From: Candidatus Hydrogenedentota bacterium
GTDB taxonomy: Bacteria > Hydrogenedentota > Hydrogenedentia > Hydrogenedentales > SLHB01
Length of the DNA stretch: 64,000 nucleotides
Assembly (NCBI GenBank): GCA_963745075.1
Contig: CAVUWV010000008.1
Coordinates: forward strand, 480,001-544,000
Direction: 5' to 3'
Both the position numbers and the translations under genes were made by a program. The notes below the pieces were generated by a model. The model was not told the DNA's origin. It saw nothing but the letters and a program-made list of their open reading frames with translations, and did no database searches. Below are positions 1-11,213 of this stretch, piece by piece. Every line of letters begins with the position of its first letter. Position 1 is the stretch's first letter.

Positions 1-1
1 G

Positions 2-52
2 GATTTGGATCCCGGGATGCGGGACGCGCTGAAGGCGTTGGGGTATTTGTAG
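2..52 (+). CDS. 3' end of a gene entering from the left edge, likely sulfatase/alkaline-phosphatase superfamily
   Basis: Reads DLDPGMRDALKALGYL*. The LxALGY[LI] C-terminus is typical of sulfatase-like proteins. Partial. Confidence 0.55.
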   Translation, partial: DLDPGMRDALKALGYL

Positions 53-60
53 AGACCGGG

Positions 61-95
61 ACGGACACGGGCCTACACGGACGGTAACGGACGAA
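61..95. repeat. Degenerate 10-nt-period tandem repeat (ACGG/ACGGAC core)
   Basis: acggacacgg gcctacacgg acggtaacgg acga; ACGG ends at 70, 80 and 90. Confidence 0.55.
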
Positions 96-132
96 TAGCG
101 CTGCCATCGGTGGCTGCCGGCGGCAAAATCGG

Positions 133-1806
133 TCAGTAATTCTTCGAGCGCAGGATGGAGATGAGGAGCATCACGCCGAGTACGGCGGCAAAGATAAAGC
201 CGACATAGCCAAGGGATCTGCCCCCGATCCCCGTGGAGACCAGCAGGCTCGAACCGACGATGAGGGCGCCGGCGATGACGCTGAATGCGATGCGGTTGCT
301 GGCCCGATCGGTAACGCCGGCGAGATGATCCAATCCTTCGTGATCTAATTGAATGCGGAACTTTCCCTTGCGAAAGGTGCGGATGAGGTTTTGCACTTCC
401 CCGGGGATTTCCTTGCCGATGCGTATCGCGTTGGTAAGGGTTTGCTGGCCTTCCTTGGCCAGTCGCGCGGGGGAGAAGCGTTCGGTGATGATTTTTTCCA
501 CGTAAGGCCGAATGATGGGGCCCATGTCGAGCGTCTTGTCGAGGGTCTTGGCGGTAGACTCGATCGTGGCCATTCCCTTCAACAGGAGGGAGAATCGCGG
601 CGACAGTTGCAGTTTGTGCCGGCGCAGGATGGTGGTGATCTGTTCGAGGGCCTTTCCAACGTCCGCGTTGCCCATGACGGATCGCGCTTCGAAAGCGATG
701 TACTCGGCCACATCGTGATCGAGATCGGCACGATGCTCCGTCTCGCCGGAGATGGTGAATTTGAGCAGGGCATCCACGCAGCGGGCGGAATCCTCTTCAA
801 AGACGGCGCGCAACAGATCCGCCATGGCGTCAACGTCGTTGGGTTCGAGATGACCGACCATGCCGTAGTCGAGGAACGCAATCTGGTCGTTGCGTGTCAC
901 GAGAATGTTGCCGGGATGGGGATCGGCGTGGAAGAGATGAAATTCGAAGACTTGCCGGCACAGGGTGTTGGCGCCGTTCGCGGCGACGGTGCGCGGGCTG
1001 CAATTGCGTTCGGCGTACTGGTTGATCGCGTCGACGCGAATCCCGTCGATCCAATCCATGACGAGCATTCGCGCGCTGGTGATGTCGGTTTCGACACGGG
1101 GCACGAAGACGGCGGTTTCGCCGGAGTAGTTCTTGCGGAACCGCTGGATGATGTGGGCTTCGATGGTGAAATCGAGTTCGCGGTTCACGGTGCGATTGAA
1201 TTCTTCGACCATCCCGACCGGGTCAATCCACTGCAGTTCCTTGACGTGCTCGGCCACCCATTCGGCGAGTCCGCGCATGAGGCTGAGGTCGGAATGGATC
1301 GTACGCCGGGCGCCGGGGCGTTGCACTTTGACGGCCACGTCACGGCCGAGTTGGGTGCGGGCGCGGTAGACTTGGCTTAACGAGGCGGAGGCAACGGGCG
1401 TTTCATTGAATTCGCCGAAGTGGTCTTCCAGTTTGCCCTTGAGTTCGGCCTCGATGACGGGGCGCATTTCGTCGAAGGGGATCGCCGCGACTTTGTCCTG
1501 CAGTTTGCTCAGTTCTTCGCACACGGCCGGACCCATGAGGTCGGGTCGGGTGCTCAGGATCTGGCCGAATTTGACGAACGTCGGGCCAAGTTCCGTGAGC
1601 GCGGCGCAAAGCCGGGCGCCCATGGTCTCGGGGACATCGGCGGCTTGCTCGATGAGATGTAAGCTGCGAAGGAGTTTGGCGGGCGCGCCCTCATAAAGCC
1701 CGACGCGGCGCACGAGGTCGGCAAATCCGTGCCGTACAAGGACTTGAGCGAGTTCCGCGAGCCGTACGGCGTCGCCTACTCGTCTTGTGAGGGATCGGTA
1801 CTGCAT
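133..1806 (-). CDS. ABC1/UbiB family atypical kinase
   Basis: LGPTFVKFGQILSTRPD, ASASLSQVY, VAVKVQRP, FHADPHPGN and LDYGMVG motifs; two C-terminal TM helices. Confidence 0.93.
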   Translation of the reverse strand: MQYRSLTRRVGDAVRLAELAQVLVRHGFADLVRRVGLYEGAPAKLLRSLHLIEQAADVPETMGARLCAALTELGPTFVKFGQILSTRPDLMGPAVCEELSKLQDKVAAIPFDEMRPVIEAELKGKLEDHFGEFNETPVASASLSQVYRARTQLGRDVAVKVQRPGARRTIHSDLSLMRGLAEWVAEHVKELQWIDPVGMVEEFNRTVNRELDFTIEAHIIQRFRKNYSGETAVFVPRVETDITSARMLVMDWIDGIRVDAINQYAERNCSPRTVAANGANTLCRQVFEFHLFHADPHPGNILVTRNDQIAFLDYGMVGHLEPNDVDAMADLLRAVFEEDSARCVDALLKFTISGETEHRADLDHDVAEYIAFEARSVMGNADVGKALEQITTILRRHKLQLSPRFSLLLKGMATIESTAKTLDKTLDMGPIIRPYVEKIITERFSPARLAKEGQQTLTNAIRIGKEIPGEVQNLIRTFRKGKFRIQLDHEGLDHLAGVTDRASNRIAFSVIAGALIVGSSLLVSTGIGGRSLGYVGFIFAAVLGVMLLISILRSKNY

Positions 1807-1852
1807 GTCCGATGGTATCCTTTCACAGCTACCGTTCAGTGCGCTTCACTAT

Positions 1853-1880
1853 ACAGACCAACACGGACGGTCACGGACTG
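1853..1880. repeat. Degenerate 10-nt-period tandem repeat (ACGGAC core)
   Basis: acagacca acacggacgg tcacggactg; same core and orientation as 61-95. Confidence 0.5.
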
Positions 1881-1901
1881 CTGAAGCGTCCTGCATCGTC
1901 C

Positions 1902-3707
1902 TCAGTGTCGAATTGCCTCCAGGAAATCGGCCGCGGTGGTTTCGGTCCGCTTCAGGCCCGTACCGGTGGGCAGCGCGAGGTCGGCTTCGGTGTGTGTGCG
2001 CGCGCCGGGGAAGGACACGATAACCAGCCGTTCGCTGACGCCTTTGTCCGGCAACACGTGCACGGCCCAGAGCCGGGGCGCCGGAGAACCGGCGTCGATC
2101 GCACGGGGCCACAGACCGGGCTTGGGAAACACGGCGCCGAACTTTTTGAGTACGGCGGCGGACGGTTTACCGACCAATTCAATCGGCCCGCCGAAGAAGG
2201 TCATTGCCGTAACGAGATCGTCACTGATTTCATTCGCCTTGGCCGCGTCAAAGCGCACGGGACCGACTTCCACGGAATACTCGTGCAAGCGGCAGGTGGA
2301 CGCGGCGGCAAGCAACCATGGGTCGAGGTTGTCGTCCAACGTGGCTGCGGACGCGCCGACGACCGTCGCGCCGGGAGCGGCCTCCGCCATGAGTTGAAAG
2401 GCGAGCGCGTCCGCGTTGGCCCGGGTCAAATCAAAGTGATTCAGAATCTCGTCGGGAATGTGCGACGGGGCGACGACGTAGAACCCGAATCCCCAACGGG
2501 CGATTTTTCGCAGATGGTCAATACCGTATTGCCGGCCCGCCTCGGTGGCGGGATTCAGCCAGCGCTGACCGTCCACGGAAACGGCGGACCAATCGTCCTT
2601 GCCATCGACGATAGCGAGAGGATCGACGGTGATACCGGGCGTTATACCGGCCTGGCGCAATTGGGACGCGGCGTTCGCCATGTCTTTGGGGTACTGGGGC
2701 TGCGCCCCTTCGAGCGATCCCGGGCGGCCTTCCCAGGTCACGGGGATCAGCGCGTGCTGAACATCCGCGTTGCTCCATTGGGATACTGCCTCGAGCAGAT
2801 CGGCCAGCGATTTACCGTCGGGAACGGTCACCCAACACGCGGGCAGATCCTCCGACTTGGCGTTGGGCGTGTTCGCCTGCGCCCAGGCGAAGTACATGTC
2901 AACATCCGACGGTTTCGGGAGCGTGAACGCGATAAAAATAGGGTCCGACGACAACGACTTTCCGGGATCGATGCGCAAGGGCGGATCGAAGGTGGTGGTC
3001 ACGTTGCCTTGGTAACGGCCGTCGAATTTCTCCAAGTGAACGCTGGAAGCGCCCCGGCCGACGGGCAGCGCACCCATGGCGATGGTGGCGTTCTTCACGG
3101 GATCGTGAAAGATCGTATAAAGCGGATCGCCGGTCGTCGTGCAGACCGGAGAGGCTCCAATGACGTCGAAACGGCGCGGACTTTCGGTGGTTTCGGCGCT
3201 GAGGTTTCCGAAACCGCCCGGCGCGATCGCGATGGGACTGATACTTCCGATTTCGATGGGTTCGCTCCCGGTATTCTCGAGTTCCACGCGCACGATATAG
3301 AATGGGTGATTGTCGTGGTACGTAATGGAGTGCACGATTTCCAGCCCCTTGGGGCCGGCGAGGGTTACCTGGTATTTGAGGCCCGGACCGAGTTCGTCGG
3401 TGGTCTTGTTTCGGGTGGTATCGCCGACGCCGAGGTCTTGCAGCTCCACGACGGTCCCATCCGCGAGCGTGAAGGCGGCGTCGGTCTTATTGATGACCGT
3501 TCCGATCCCCTTGATGTCGAGGCTCCATTGGCCGTTATCGCCCCCGTAGGTGATGTACATCTGCTGGTCGGCGGTGGTGATGGTGTAGTGGTCGCGCAGG
3601 GACCAAGGGCGTTCCGACAATGCCGGGAGGGAATCGTCCGCTGCCCATACCGAAAGAGAAACAAACACGCAGAGCATAAGTAGTTGTGAAAATAGACGCA
3701 GCCTCAT
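1902..3707 (-). CDS. Secreted protein with GH36/GH27 (alpha-galactosidase)-like architecture, catalytic motifs apparently degenerate
   Basis: Signal peptide, beta-rich N-terminal domain, and YPKDM...LRQAGITPGITVDPL resembling the GH36 FPxGM...GxxPGLW segment. Confidence 0.55.
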   Translation of the reverse strand: MRLRLFSQLLMLCVFVSLSVWAADDSLPALSERPWSLRDHYTITTADQQMYITYGGDNGQWSLDIKGIGTVINKTDAAFTLADGTVVELQDLGVGDTTRNKTTDELGPGLKYQVTLAGPKGLEIVHSITYHDNHPFYIVRVELENTGSEPIEIGSISPIAIAPGGFGNLSAETTESPRRFDVIGASPVCTTTGDPLYTIFHDPVKNATIAMGALPVGRGASSVHLEKFDGRYQGNVTTTFDPPLRIDPGKSLSSDPIFIAFTLPKPSDVDMYFAWAQANTPNAKSEDLPACWVTVPDGKSLADLLEAVSQWSNADVQHALIPVTWEGRPGSLEGAQPQYPKDMANAASQLRQAGITPGITVDPLAIVDGKDDWSAVSVDGQRWLNPATEAGRQYGIDHLRKIARWGFGFYVVAPSHIPDEILNHFDLTRANADALAFQLMAEAAPGATVVGASAATLDDNLDPWLLAAASTCRLHEYSVEVGPVRFDAAKANEISDDLVTAMTFFGGPIELVGKPSAAVLKKFGAVFPKPGLWPRAIDAGSPAPRLWAVHVLPDKGVSERLVIVSFPGARTHTEADLALPTGTGLKRTETTAADFLEAIRH

Positions 3708-3870
3708 GAACGGTCTCCATTGCGACGGGTTTGCACCAGCCGCGAATTATACACGACGCCCCCAGGCGAGCGAAACGTTCCAGTCGCGGATTGGGGAGAT
3801 GGGTACCAGAAGGGGAATTGGGATTCGCGCGCTGGGAACTGCGCTTTCTACCACTGCGCCGGTTCGGAGG

Positions 3871-3891
3871 GATCGGTCCGATCGGTCCGAT
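3871..3891. repeat. 9-nt tandem repeat (GATCGGTCC)2
   Basis: gatcggtcc gatcggtcc gat in the intergenic region. Confidence 0.5.
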
Positions 3892-4053
3892 TCAATTTGG
3901 CCTCGGTCTGTTGGTCCGGACCCCGCGCCGTCGCACTGCCCAACGGACAATTCGCGTTCCGCGGCGGGAATTGGCTATAATTTAGGCTATTTGGCGCACC
4001 CCTGGAACTCTGGCAATTGCGCCGTCTACGCATGAGGGAAAGGTTTTCGTTTC

Positions 4054-6592
4054 ATGGCCAAGAAGCTGATGGTGGTCCCGTCGGAAGTACGGAAGCGTTC
4101 CGTGCTGGAGCTGGGGTCGATTCCGGTAAACGCATACGACAAGTCGGTCTCGGAGGAACTGGAGAGCAATCCGGACGTGACCGCGGCGCGGTGTATGCGG
4201 GCGTATCGCGACATGGTGCTGATCCGCGAGTTCGAGACCATGCTCGATGAGATCAAGAAGCTCGGATCGCTATCAGGGTCTCGAGTACAAGCATGCCGGT
4301 CCGGCGCACTTGTCCATCGGGCAGGAAGCGTCGGCGGTAGGCGAGTGCTATCACCTGACGATCGACGACCACATTTTCGGCAGTCACCGCAGCCACGGGG
4401 AGATCCTGGCGAAGGGGCTGGCGGCCGTGCACGAAGCCAAGGGGTCCCAGCTGGACACGATCACGCGGGAGTATTTTGCGGGGACGATCCTGCGTATCGT
4501 GGACGGCGACAACGAGAAACTCGCTCCGTTGAGCGTCCCCGGCGGTAACGGCAAGGCCTTGCTGAAAGGCGACGACGAGGAAGAGCTGGGCATCGACTTT
4601 CTGTTGTACGGTCTGCTGGCGGAGATCTTCGGCCGGGAGACGGGGTTCAACAAGGGCATGGGCGGCTCCATGCACGCCTTCTTCATTCCTTTCGGCGTAT
4701 ACCCGAATAATGCGATCGTCGGCGGCAGCGCGGACATCGCGACGGGTTCGGCGCTGTACAAGAAAATCATGCGCAAGCCGGGTATTACGGTCGCAAATAT
4801 CGGTGACGCGTCCATTGGGTGCGGGCCGGTCTGGGAAGCCATGGGCTTTGCTGGAATGGGGCAGTACACCAATCTGTGGGATGCGGACTTCAAAGGCGGT
4901 CTGCCTATCGTCTTCAATTTCATGAACAACTTCTACGGCATGGGCGGCCAGCCCATCGGCGAAACGATGGGATTCGAGCGGCTGGCCCGGGCCGGCGCGG
5001 CGATCAATCCGGAGAACATGCAGGCCGAGTGTGTGGACGGGAACAACCCGTTGAGCCTGGCCGACGCGTACAAGCGGAAGATCGAAGCCATTCGCGCGGG
5101 CAAGGGACCAGTCCTGCTGGAGGTGGTGTGTTACCGGCAGTCGGGGCACTCGCCGAGCGATCAGTCGTCGTACCGCGAGCGCGAAGAAATCGAGTTGTGG
5201 CGTCAAGTCGACCCGTTGCTGGAATTTGGCCAGAAGCTGGTCGATGCGGGCGTCGCTACAGCGGACGACCTGAAATCCGTCGCCGAATATGCCACGCGAA
5301 AGGTGACGAAAGCGTTGCGGCTGGCCGCGGACGTGAAGGTGTCGCCGCGGATGACCCTGGGACCGGGAATGGGGCTCGACGCGCTGACCTTCTCCAATAC
5401 GATCGAAGATCCCTTGCCGGGTTTGGAGCGAGACGACGACGTGCTGGGGCCGTTGGAAGAGAATCCGCGCGTCCAGCAGATCGCGAAGAAGTCGCGCAGC
5501 GGGATCGGACCGAAGGGCGAAACGCTGAGAGAGGGTAAAGCGGTCAGTTTCCGGGACGCGCTGTTCGAAGCCATCGCGCATCACTTCTACAACGACTCGC
5601 GGGTCGTGGCGTACGGCGAGGAGAATCGGGACTGGGGCGGCGCGTTCGCTGTGTACCGGGGCCTCACCGAGGCCCTGCCGTATCACCGGTTGTTCAACTC
5701 GCCCATTTCCGAGGGCGCGATCGTCGGCACGGCGGTTGGGTTTGCGCTCGAAGGCGGCCGGCCCTTGGTGGAACTGATGTACTGTGATTTCATGGGGCGC
5801 AGCGGCGACGAGATCTTCAATCAATTGCCGAAATGGCAGGCCATGTCGGGCGGCTACAGCCGGATGCCGGTCGTCGTGCGGGTTTCGGTGGGCAGCAAGT
5901 ACGGCGCACAGCACTCGCAGGACTGGACGGCGCTGTGTGCGCACGTGCCCGGGCTAAAGGTGGTCTTTCCGGCGACACCGTACAGTGCGAAGGGATTGAT
6001 GGCCTCGGCATTGAGTGGCAGCGATCCCGTAGTGTTTTTTGAGAGCCAACGCATTTACAACGTCACGGAACAGTTTCACCCGGAAGGTGTTCCGGCAGCG
6101 TATTACCGGGTGCCTATTGGTGTGCCGGAGGTGCTCAAAGAAGGAACCGATCTGACGATACTGACTTTTGGCGCCACGTTATATCGTGCCGTCGAAGCGG
6201 TCAAGCGCTTTGAGGAGGAGTTTGGGATCTCGGTCGAACTCATTGACGGTCAATCGTTGGTGCCGTTCGATTACGAAATCCTGCATGCCTCCCTCAAGAA
6301 GACGGGGAAACTCATTCTCGGCAGCGATGCGTGCGAACGCGGCAGTTATCTGCACACGATCGCGGGCGAGATCACGCAAATGGCCTTCGATCATCTCGAT
6401 GCGCCGGTGTGTGTGGTGGGCGCGGAAAACTGGATCGTTCCGCCCGCCGAATTGGAGGACGCCTATTACCCGCAGCCGTCGTGGTTCCTGGACGCCTACC
6501 ACGCGCAGATCAAACCATTGCCGGGGTACAGTCCATCGAGCGAGCGTACGGGGAAAGCGATGCTGCATCGATCGACGTACGGCGTGATTTAA
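4054..6592 (+). CDS. Fused 2-oxoacid/acetoin dehydrogenase E1 alpha-beta subunit (TPP-dependent), one +1 frameshift near 4270
   Basis: IREFE in the first frame, then HLSIGQEA, SHRSHG, GMGGSMH, GDA...NN, PISEGAIVG, GAQHSQ and PVVFFE in the second. Removing one C in TCG-C-TAT joins them as ...KKLGSYQGLEYKH... Confidence 0.88.
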
Positions 6593-6598
6593 CGTCGC

Positions 6599-8558
6599 TC
6601 AGGCGGCATTCTTCGCGCCATCGGGACCACTCAATTCGACGCGGGCTTCGCCTTTCCCGTCGACGGCAACGTCGACGGAGGCCTTGCCGGGAACGCGTGT
6701 CTGTGTTGTGGGCGAACCGTTGACGTAATCCAGCAGGTGCCCGAGAACGGGGGTCGCGGAGCGCCGGAAGTCATCTACCGTGCGTCGCTTGATGTCTGCG
6801 AAGACGGGCTCCAGCCGGTACGTGCCCGCCGGTAATCCGCTCACGCGGAACGTTCCGTCATCCGAGATGGGGATGTAGTCGGGCACAATCGCACCACGTT
6901 GGCGTGCGTCGTCCCAAAGGTATTCCACGCGGACCACCGCATCCTCGGCATCGGCAGGAAGCCCCGTGACGGTACCCTGGATGCCGCCGCCGCTGTGCAA
7001 ATCAAAGTCTTTCTGGACGTAGCCGTTCTCGGGCACGTCGACGGCGAAATACCGATGCATGGTATCGTAGTACATGCGATTGTGGCCCTTGGCCCGCCGG
7101 TACGAGATCGACTCGGGCACGGCGGCTTCGACTCCGATGAGATATCGGCCGGGTGGGAGGCCGGTCAGTTGATACCATCCGCCGTCATCCGCTTGCGTTC
7201 GGAGTAAGACTTGGGAATTGTCGCGCTCGTAGGCAACCGATACCTGGGCAACGGCGGGAGTCTCGTTAAACCGGACGAACCCTTCGACCAACGCCCCGGA
7301 CTCTGTGAAATAAAAATCCATCTGGACGGGACTCGTATCGGGACCTACGGTGACCTGCCGAATGGCGAGCCGGCGCGGCGCGCCGTCGGACAGGCCCGAG
7401 ACTTCATCGGGATCGATTTCGCCGACCAGCGTAATTGATCCGGGCGCCACGTGCCGGAAACCGTAGGAGCCATCACGGTCGGTTTCCTGGAACCGGCTGT
7501 AGTGGGTCCCGGGGATGCGGATTTCGACACGCGCGTCGCGTACGGGCTCTTCATCGAGGAAAATGTTGCCTTGCACTCGATACCAGGAATGAGTTGGACA
7601 TCAACGCGCACTTGCGAGCCGGGATCGATATTCGGAACGTCTACCGGCGCCGGGGCGAAGTCCTTATGAAGCGCGACGAAGCGCGCGGGGGTATCCGCCA
7701 CGCCATGGACCATATACGTTCCTTCTTCCGTTGTCCGGGCCCCCACATCGAATTTATCCTTGCTGACGGTTTGACGGGACGATTTTGACGCCTTGAACGG
7801 GATTACCATCGGTGTCCGTCACCTTTCCGACGATCGTGGATGCGCGTTTCAAGGGAAACTCGAATACGGGGCGCGGCGGTGCGGGGCTTTTCGGCAATGC
7901 CAGCTGGAACGGTAAGTACCCGTCGGCGCGAACGACGATATTGGTTGCGTTGCCAATTCCGTGTCGCCGTGAAGATGCCGTCCTCGTTCGGTTGCACGGA
8001 AACGAAGCCACTTTCTCCATCGAGGCGAAACCCCGGAATACTGGCTCGAAAGAGGAGATCGTATTGCGGAATGGGTTCACCGGTGTCCGCCGCGTACACT
8101 TTGCATAGGACTTCATTGTTCGCGTCCAGTTTCACAACCAGCAGGTTGCTGGCGCCCTGGAACGTAGTCACGCCGCGGTTCGGCGGGTAGTCATCGTGAT
8201 CGACGGACAAGGCGACTTCGCCGGCCGGGACATCGGAGAAATGGCAAGTCCCATTGCCATCGGTCGTCTGTTGCAGTTGCCGGGCGTCCTCGATAATGAG
8301 ATCGACTTCCGCTCCGGATATGGGCTCGGGATGTGGACGGTTGTCGGATACATACACCGTGATGCCTTCGGCAGGCACATCCGGCAGTTGTGGCAGGTCG
8401 CTTTCGGTGACACGATGCGAGGTTCCATCAACGTCGAAAACGATGGGCACGTCTTTCGATGCGCTACCGCCGCATCCGGTCAACACGGATGAAAGACAGC
8501 ACAGCCCCGCGAGGCCACAGAGGACGCCAAGGCGAACACGGCCACAAAAGGGTTCCAT
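6599..8558 (-). pseudogene. Lipoprotein with repeated carboxypeptidase-regulatory/Cna-B-like beta-sandwich domains, split by three frameshifts (about 7961, 7770, 7577)
   Basis: Lipobox LTGC. Repeated GxVTDxDGxPV, TDxDGxY and GLPPGxY motifs continue across four overlapping ORFs (7803-8564, 7754-8116, 7345-7809, 6599-7576). Confidence 0.7.
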
Positions 8559-8726
8559 GGTCAAAGCCTCTTGGTTGTGGAACAGCGAAAGACGCCGAAG
8601 TGGTTACCTTCGTTCACGTGAAACGTCTTCGCGATCGAATGAATCGATTGAATTGAGCGATGTTCACCGCAGCGCCGACTGCCGCGTTGAACCACGCCTC
8701 CTACCATACGGATTGGACCGCCCGTA

Positions 8727-9623
8727 TTACAATTTCTTGTCGAACCAGTCCGCCATCACCGCGACTTCCTCGGGAATGGTCGGCCACGGATGGGCACCGC
8801 CGGGTTTGACGATCAGTTCCGCTTCGCCGCCGGCTTCTTTTACAGCGTTGACGAAGTCCTGGGACTGTTGCAGGGGCACGAGGGGGTCGGCGTCACCGTG
8901 GATCAGGAGGAGGGGCGGCAACGGTTCGCCCTTCTCGATCTGGTGAAGTGGAGACAGTTTTCGGGCTTGGGCGTCGATTTCATCTTCCGTGTGGCCTTCG
9001 ACGCCGCCGTAGAACAGGAGGGCGCCGATATCGCCGCTGAAGTCGGGCTTGGAGCCGCCCCAGTTCAGAAAATCCGTGGGTGGGAAGAAGACCGCGACCG
9101 CTTTGACGCGGGTGCTCTGGCGCATCAAGGGATCTTTGGCATCGGGATCTCCGTCTTCAGCGGTTACCGTAGCGAGGAGCGTGAGATGGCCGCCCGCAGA
9201 CGCGCCCATCATCCCGAGGCGGTTCGGATCGACGCCGTAGTCGGCGGCGTGGGCTTTCACCCAGCGAATGGCGGTCTTGGTATTGGCGAGCAATTCGTCG
9301 CCGGCATACTTCGACACGGAACCGGGCCGCATGGCGAAGACGGTGTATCCGCGGCTGCAGTAAGTGGTGTACACTTGCGCCAGCATATGGTCGCGGATCT
9401 TGCCCCGATCCGAATGCCACGCCCCGCTGACGAGATCGAGGATCCCGAGGCCGTTGGACGGACCGGTCGGCGTGAAAATGTCGCAGAGCAACCCAGTGCC
9501 GTGGATCTCAGCGTAGACCACATTTTCCTGCTGCTTGAAGGGCAAGGTGTCCTGCTGTGCGAAGGCGCGGACGGTAGTAGCCAGAAAAATCACAGAGTAT
9601 ATGAGTGTGCCGTAACGAAACAT
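8727..9623 (-). CDS. Secreted alpha/beta hydrolase (esterase/lipase)
   Basis: Signal peptide, GASAGGHL nucleophile elbow, HGDADPLVP and C-terminal His (GGAHPW). Confidence 0.9.
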   Translation of the reverse strand: MFRYGTLIYSVIFLATTVRAFAQQDTLPFKQQENVVYAEIHGTGLLCDIFTPTGPSNGLGILDLVSGAWHSDRGKIRDHMLAQVYTTYCSRGYTVFAMRPGSVSKYAGDELLANTKTAIRWVKAHAADYGVDPNRLGMMGASAGGHLTLLATVTAEDGDPDAKDPLMRQSTRVKAVAVFFPPTDFLNWGGSKPDFSGDIGALLFYGGVEGHTEDEIDAQARKLSPLHQIEKGEPLPPLLLIHGDADPLVPLQQSQDFVNAVKEAGGEAELIVKPGGAHPWPTIPEEVAVMADWFDKKL

Positions 9624-9716
9624 GGGACCCTCCCTCGTTCGAGTACGTTGCCGGAAAACCCGGGGTGCGAATCAGTCCCAAACGCTACCGGAACTGCACA
9701 AGATTATCCAGTGACG

Positions 9717-11051
9717 TCAGTTTGCGCCGGGCGCGGGCTCGTCTCCGCCCGCGTCCCGATGAAAAAGTTCCCCGTATTTCAAGGGCTGGCCCGTTTCCCA
9801 GGGGTGGTACGTATTGCAAAACGCGACGCGTTGGGCGATGGGGGGATGGCTCGAGCGCAAAACGGTCATGAGCCAGCCGGGGTCCGGGTAGCCGAGGTTT
9901 TCGGAGTAGAGTTTGACGAAGGCTTCCGCGGCGGCGTGGTTATTCTGGGTCAATTCGAGGCCGAAGCGGTCGGCTTCGTGTTCGATGTGTCGCGAGTAGG
10001 CGAGTCCCACCGGTTCGAGGAAGAGCGAGACGACGCCGAACACGACCAGCAGCAAGGGCAGCGATGCAACGTCCCAGAGCCGATCGAACCCGAATCGGGG
10101 CGAGAAGCGCCCGAGAAACCGCAAGGCAAGACGATTGGCCAAAAAGAGTCCAGCCATGATCAGGGCGGAGAAGAAGAAGATTCCGTGCACGACGTGGCCG
10201 AGAACGTAGTGGCCCATTTCGTGGGCCATGACGAAGAGGATTTCGTTCTCGTCGAGTTTTTTCAGGATGGTGTCCCACAGCACAATTCGTTTCGTACCGA
10301 GGAATCCAGTCACGTACGCGTTGATAGCATTGGTATCGACGCTCTTATCCACTTCGTACACGCGGCCGCCTTCGATGCCGGCGGACTCGGCGAGGTGGAG
10401 GATCTTGGTTTCGAGCGCCTTGTCTTTCATCGGCCCGAATTTGTTGAAGAGCGGATCGATCCAGATGGGCATGACGAACATCATAAGCGTGATGAACGGC
10501 ACCATCAGGAGTCCCGTGTAGAACCACCAGCGGCGGGGGGACTTCTTCAAGAGCAGGTATGGAACCCACAGAAAGAGACAGCCAAAAACCGCGTAGACGG
10601 CGAAGCTCATGAGGGAATCAGTGAACCATTTCAAGAAGGTCTGGTTGGACAAACCGTAGGCATGCTGACGTATGTACCCGGCGTAGAACGACAAGGGCCA
10701 ATCGATGACGTACATTACGGCCATGAACAGGACCCAGTAGACGGCGATGGTGAAGAACCAGTTGCGTCCCAGGCGCCGAGCGGTGTTGCGCAGGGTAGCC
10801 GAGAAGCCGGTGAATACGATCATCCCGGGAATCAGGATTTCCCATAATTTATTGAATACCCACAGGGCTACCCCGGTGCGGTAGAAGCGCACGGCTTTCC
10901 CGGATGGCGGCGGCACGGTCACGGAGGCCGCATCCGTCTTCTCAGTTTGCGCTGCGCCGTCGGGAGCGGGTGCGGGATCCTGAGCGGCGGCGGCAGGAAT
11001 ACGTATCGCTGCAATCAACAACAGGAAGACCAGGCAGCGAATGACACGCAT
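9717..11051 (-). CDS. M48 (Ste24/HtpX) membrane zinc metallopeptidase
   Basis: NAYVTG, AHEMGH (HExxH), EHEAD and SHPP motifs; multiple TM helices. Confidence 0.93.
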   Translation of the reverse strand: MRVIRCLVFLLLIAAIRIPAAAAQDPAPAPDGAAQTEKTDAASVTVPPPSGKAVRFYRTGVALWVFNKLWEILIPGMIVFTGFSATLRNTARRLGRNWFFTIAVYWVLFMAVMYVIDWPLSFYAGYIRQHAYGLSNQTFLKWFTDSLMSFAVYAVFGCLFLWVPYLLLKKSPRRWWFYTGLLMVPFITLMMFVMPIWIDPLFNKFGPMKDKALETKILHLAESAGIEGGRVYEVDKSVDTNAINAYVTGFLGTKRIVLWDTILKKLDENEILFVMAHEMGHYVLGHVVHGIFFFSALIMAGLFLANRLALRFLGRFSPRFGFDRLWDVASLPLLLVVFGVVSLFLEPVGLAYSRHIEHEADRFGLELTQNNHAAAEAFVKLYSENLGYPDPGWLMTVLRSSHPPIAQRVAFCNTYHPWETGQPLKYGELFHRDAGGDEPAPGAN

Positions 11052-11213
11052 GGTTTTCGGATCCTCCGGTAGATTCTGACGGGACCAGCCGTTGGACGCA
11101 ACGTTACGGTACCGGAAAGGCGGGGGGACAATAAAGGTTCATCTCCCAACACCGGGGACCATACCTCGATTGAAACTGGTTGCGTCTTGATTTCATTGAG
11201 TCGTTCCAGAGAG

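Noticed and set aside
1812..3683. Long antisense ORFs here and at 8790-10847, 28336-30378, 37662-39248, 56947-58764 and elsewhere
   Set aside because: They are shadow frames opposite well-supported genes, expected from high-GC codon bias, and show no family motifs.
4255..4280. Programmed ribosomal frameshift in the E1 gene (also considered at about 18050)
   Set aside because: No slippery heptamer or stimulatory structure is visible, so a simple indel or sequencing error is more parsimonious.
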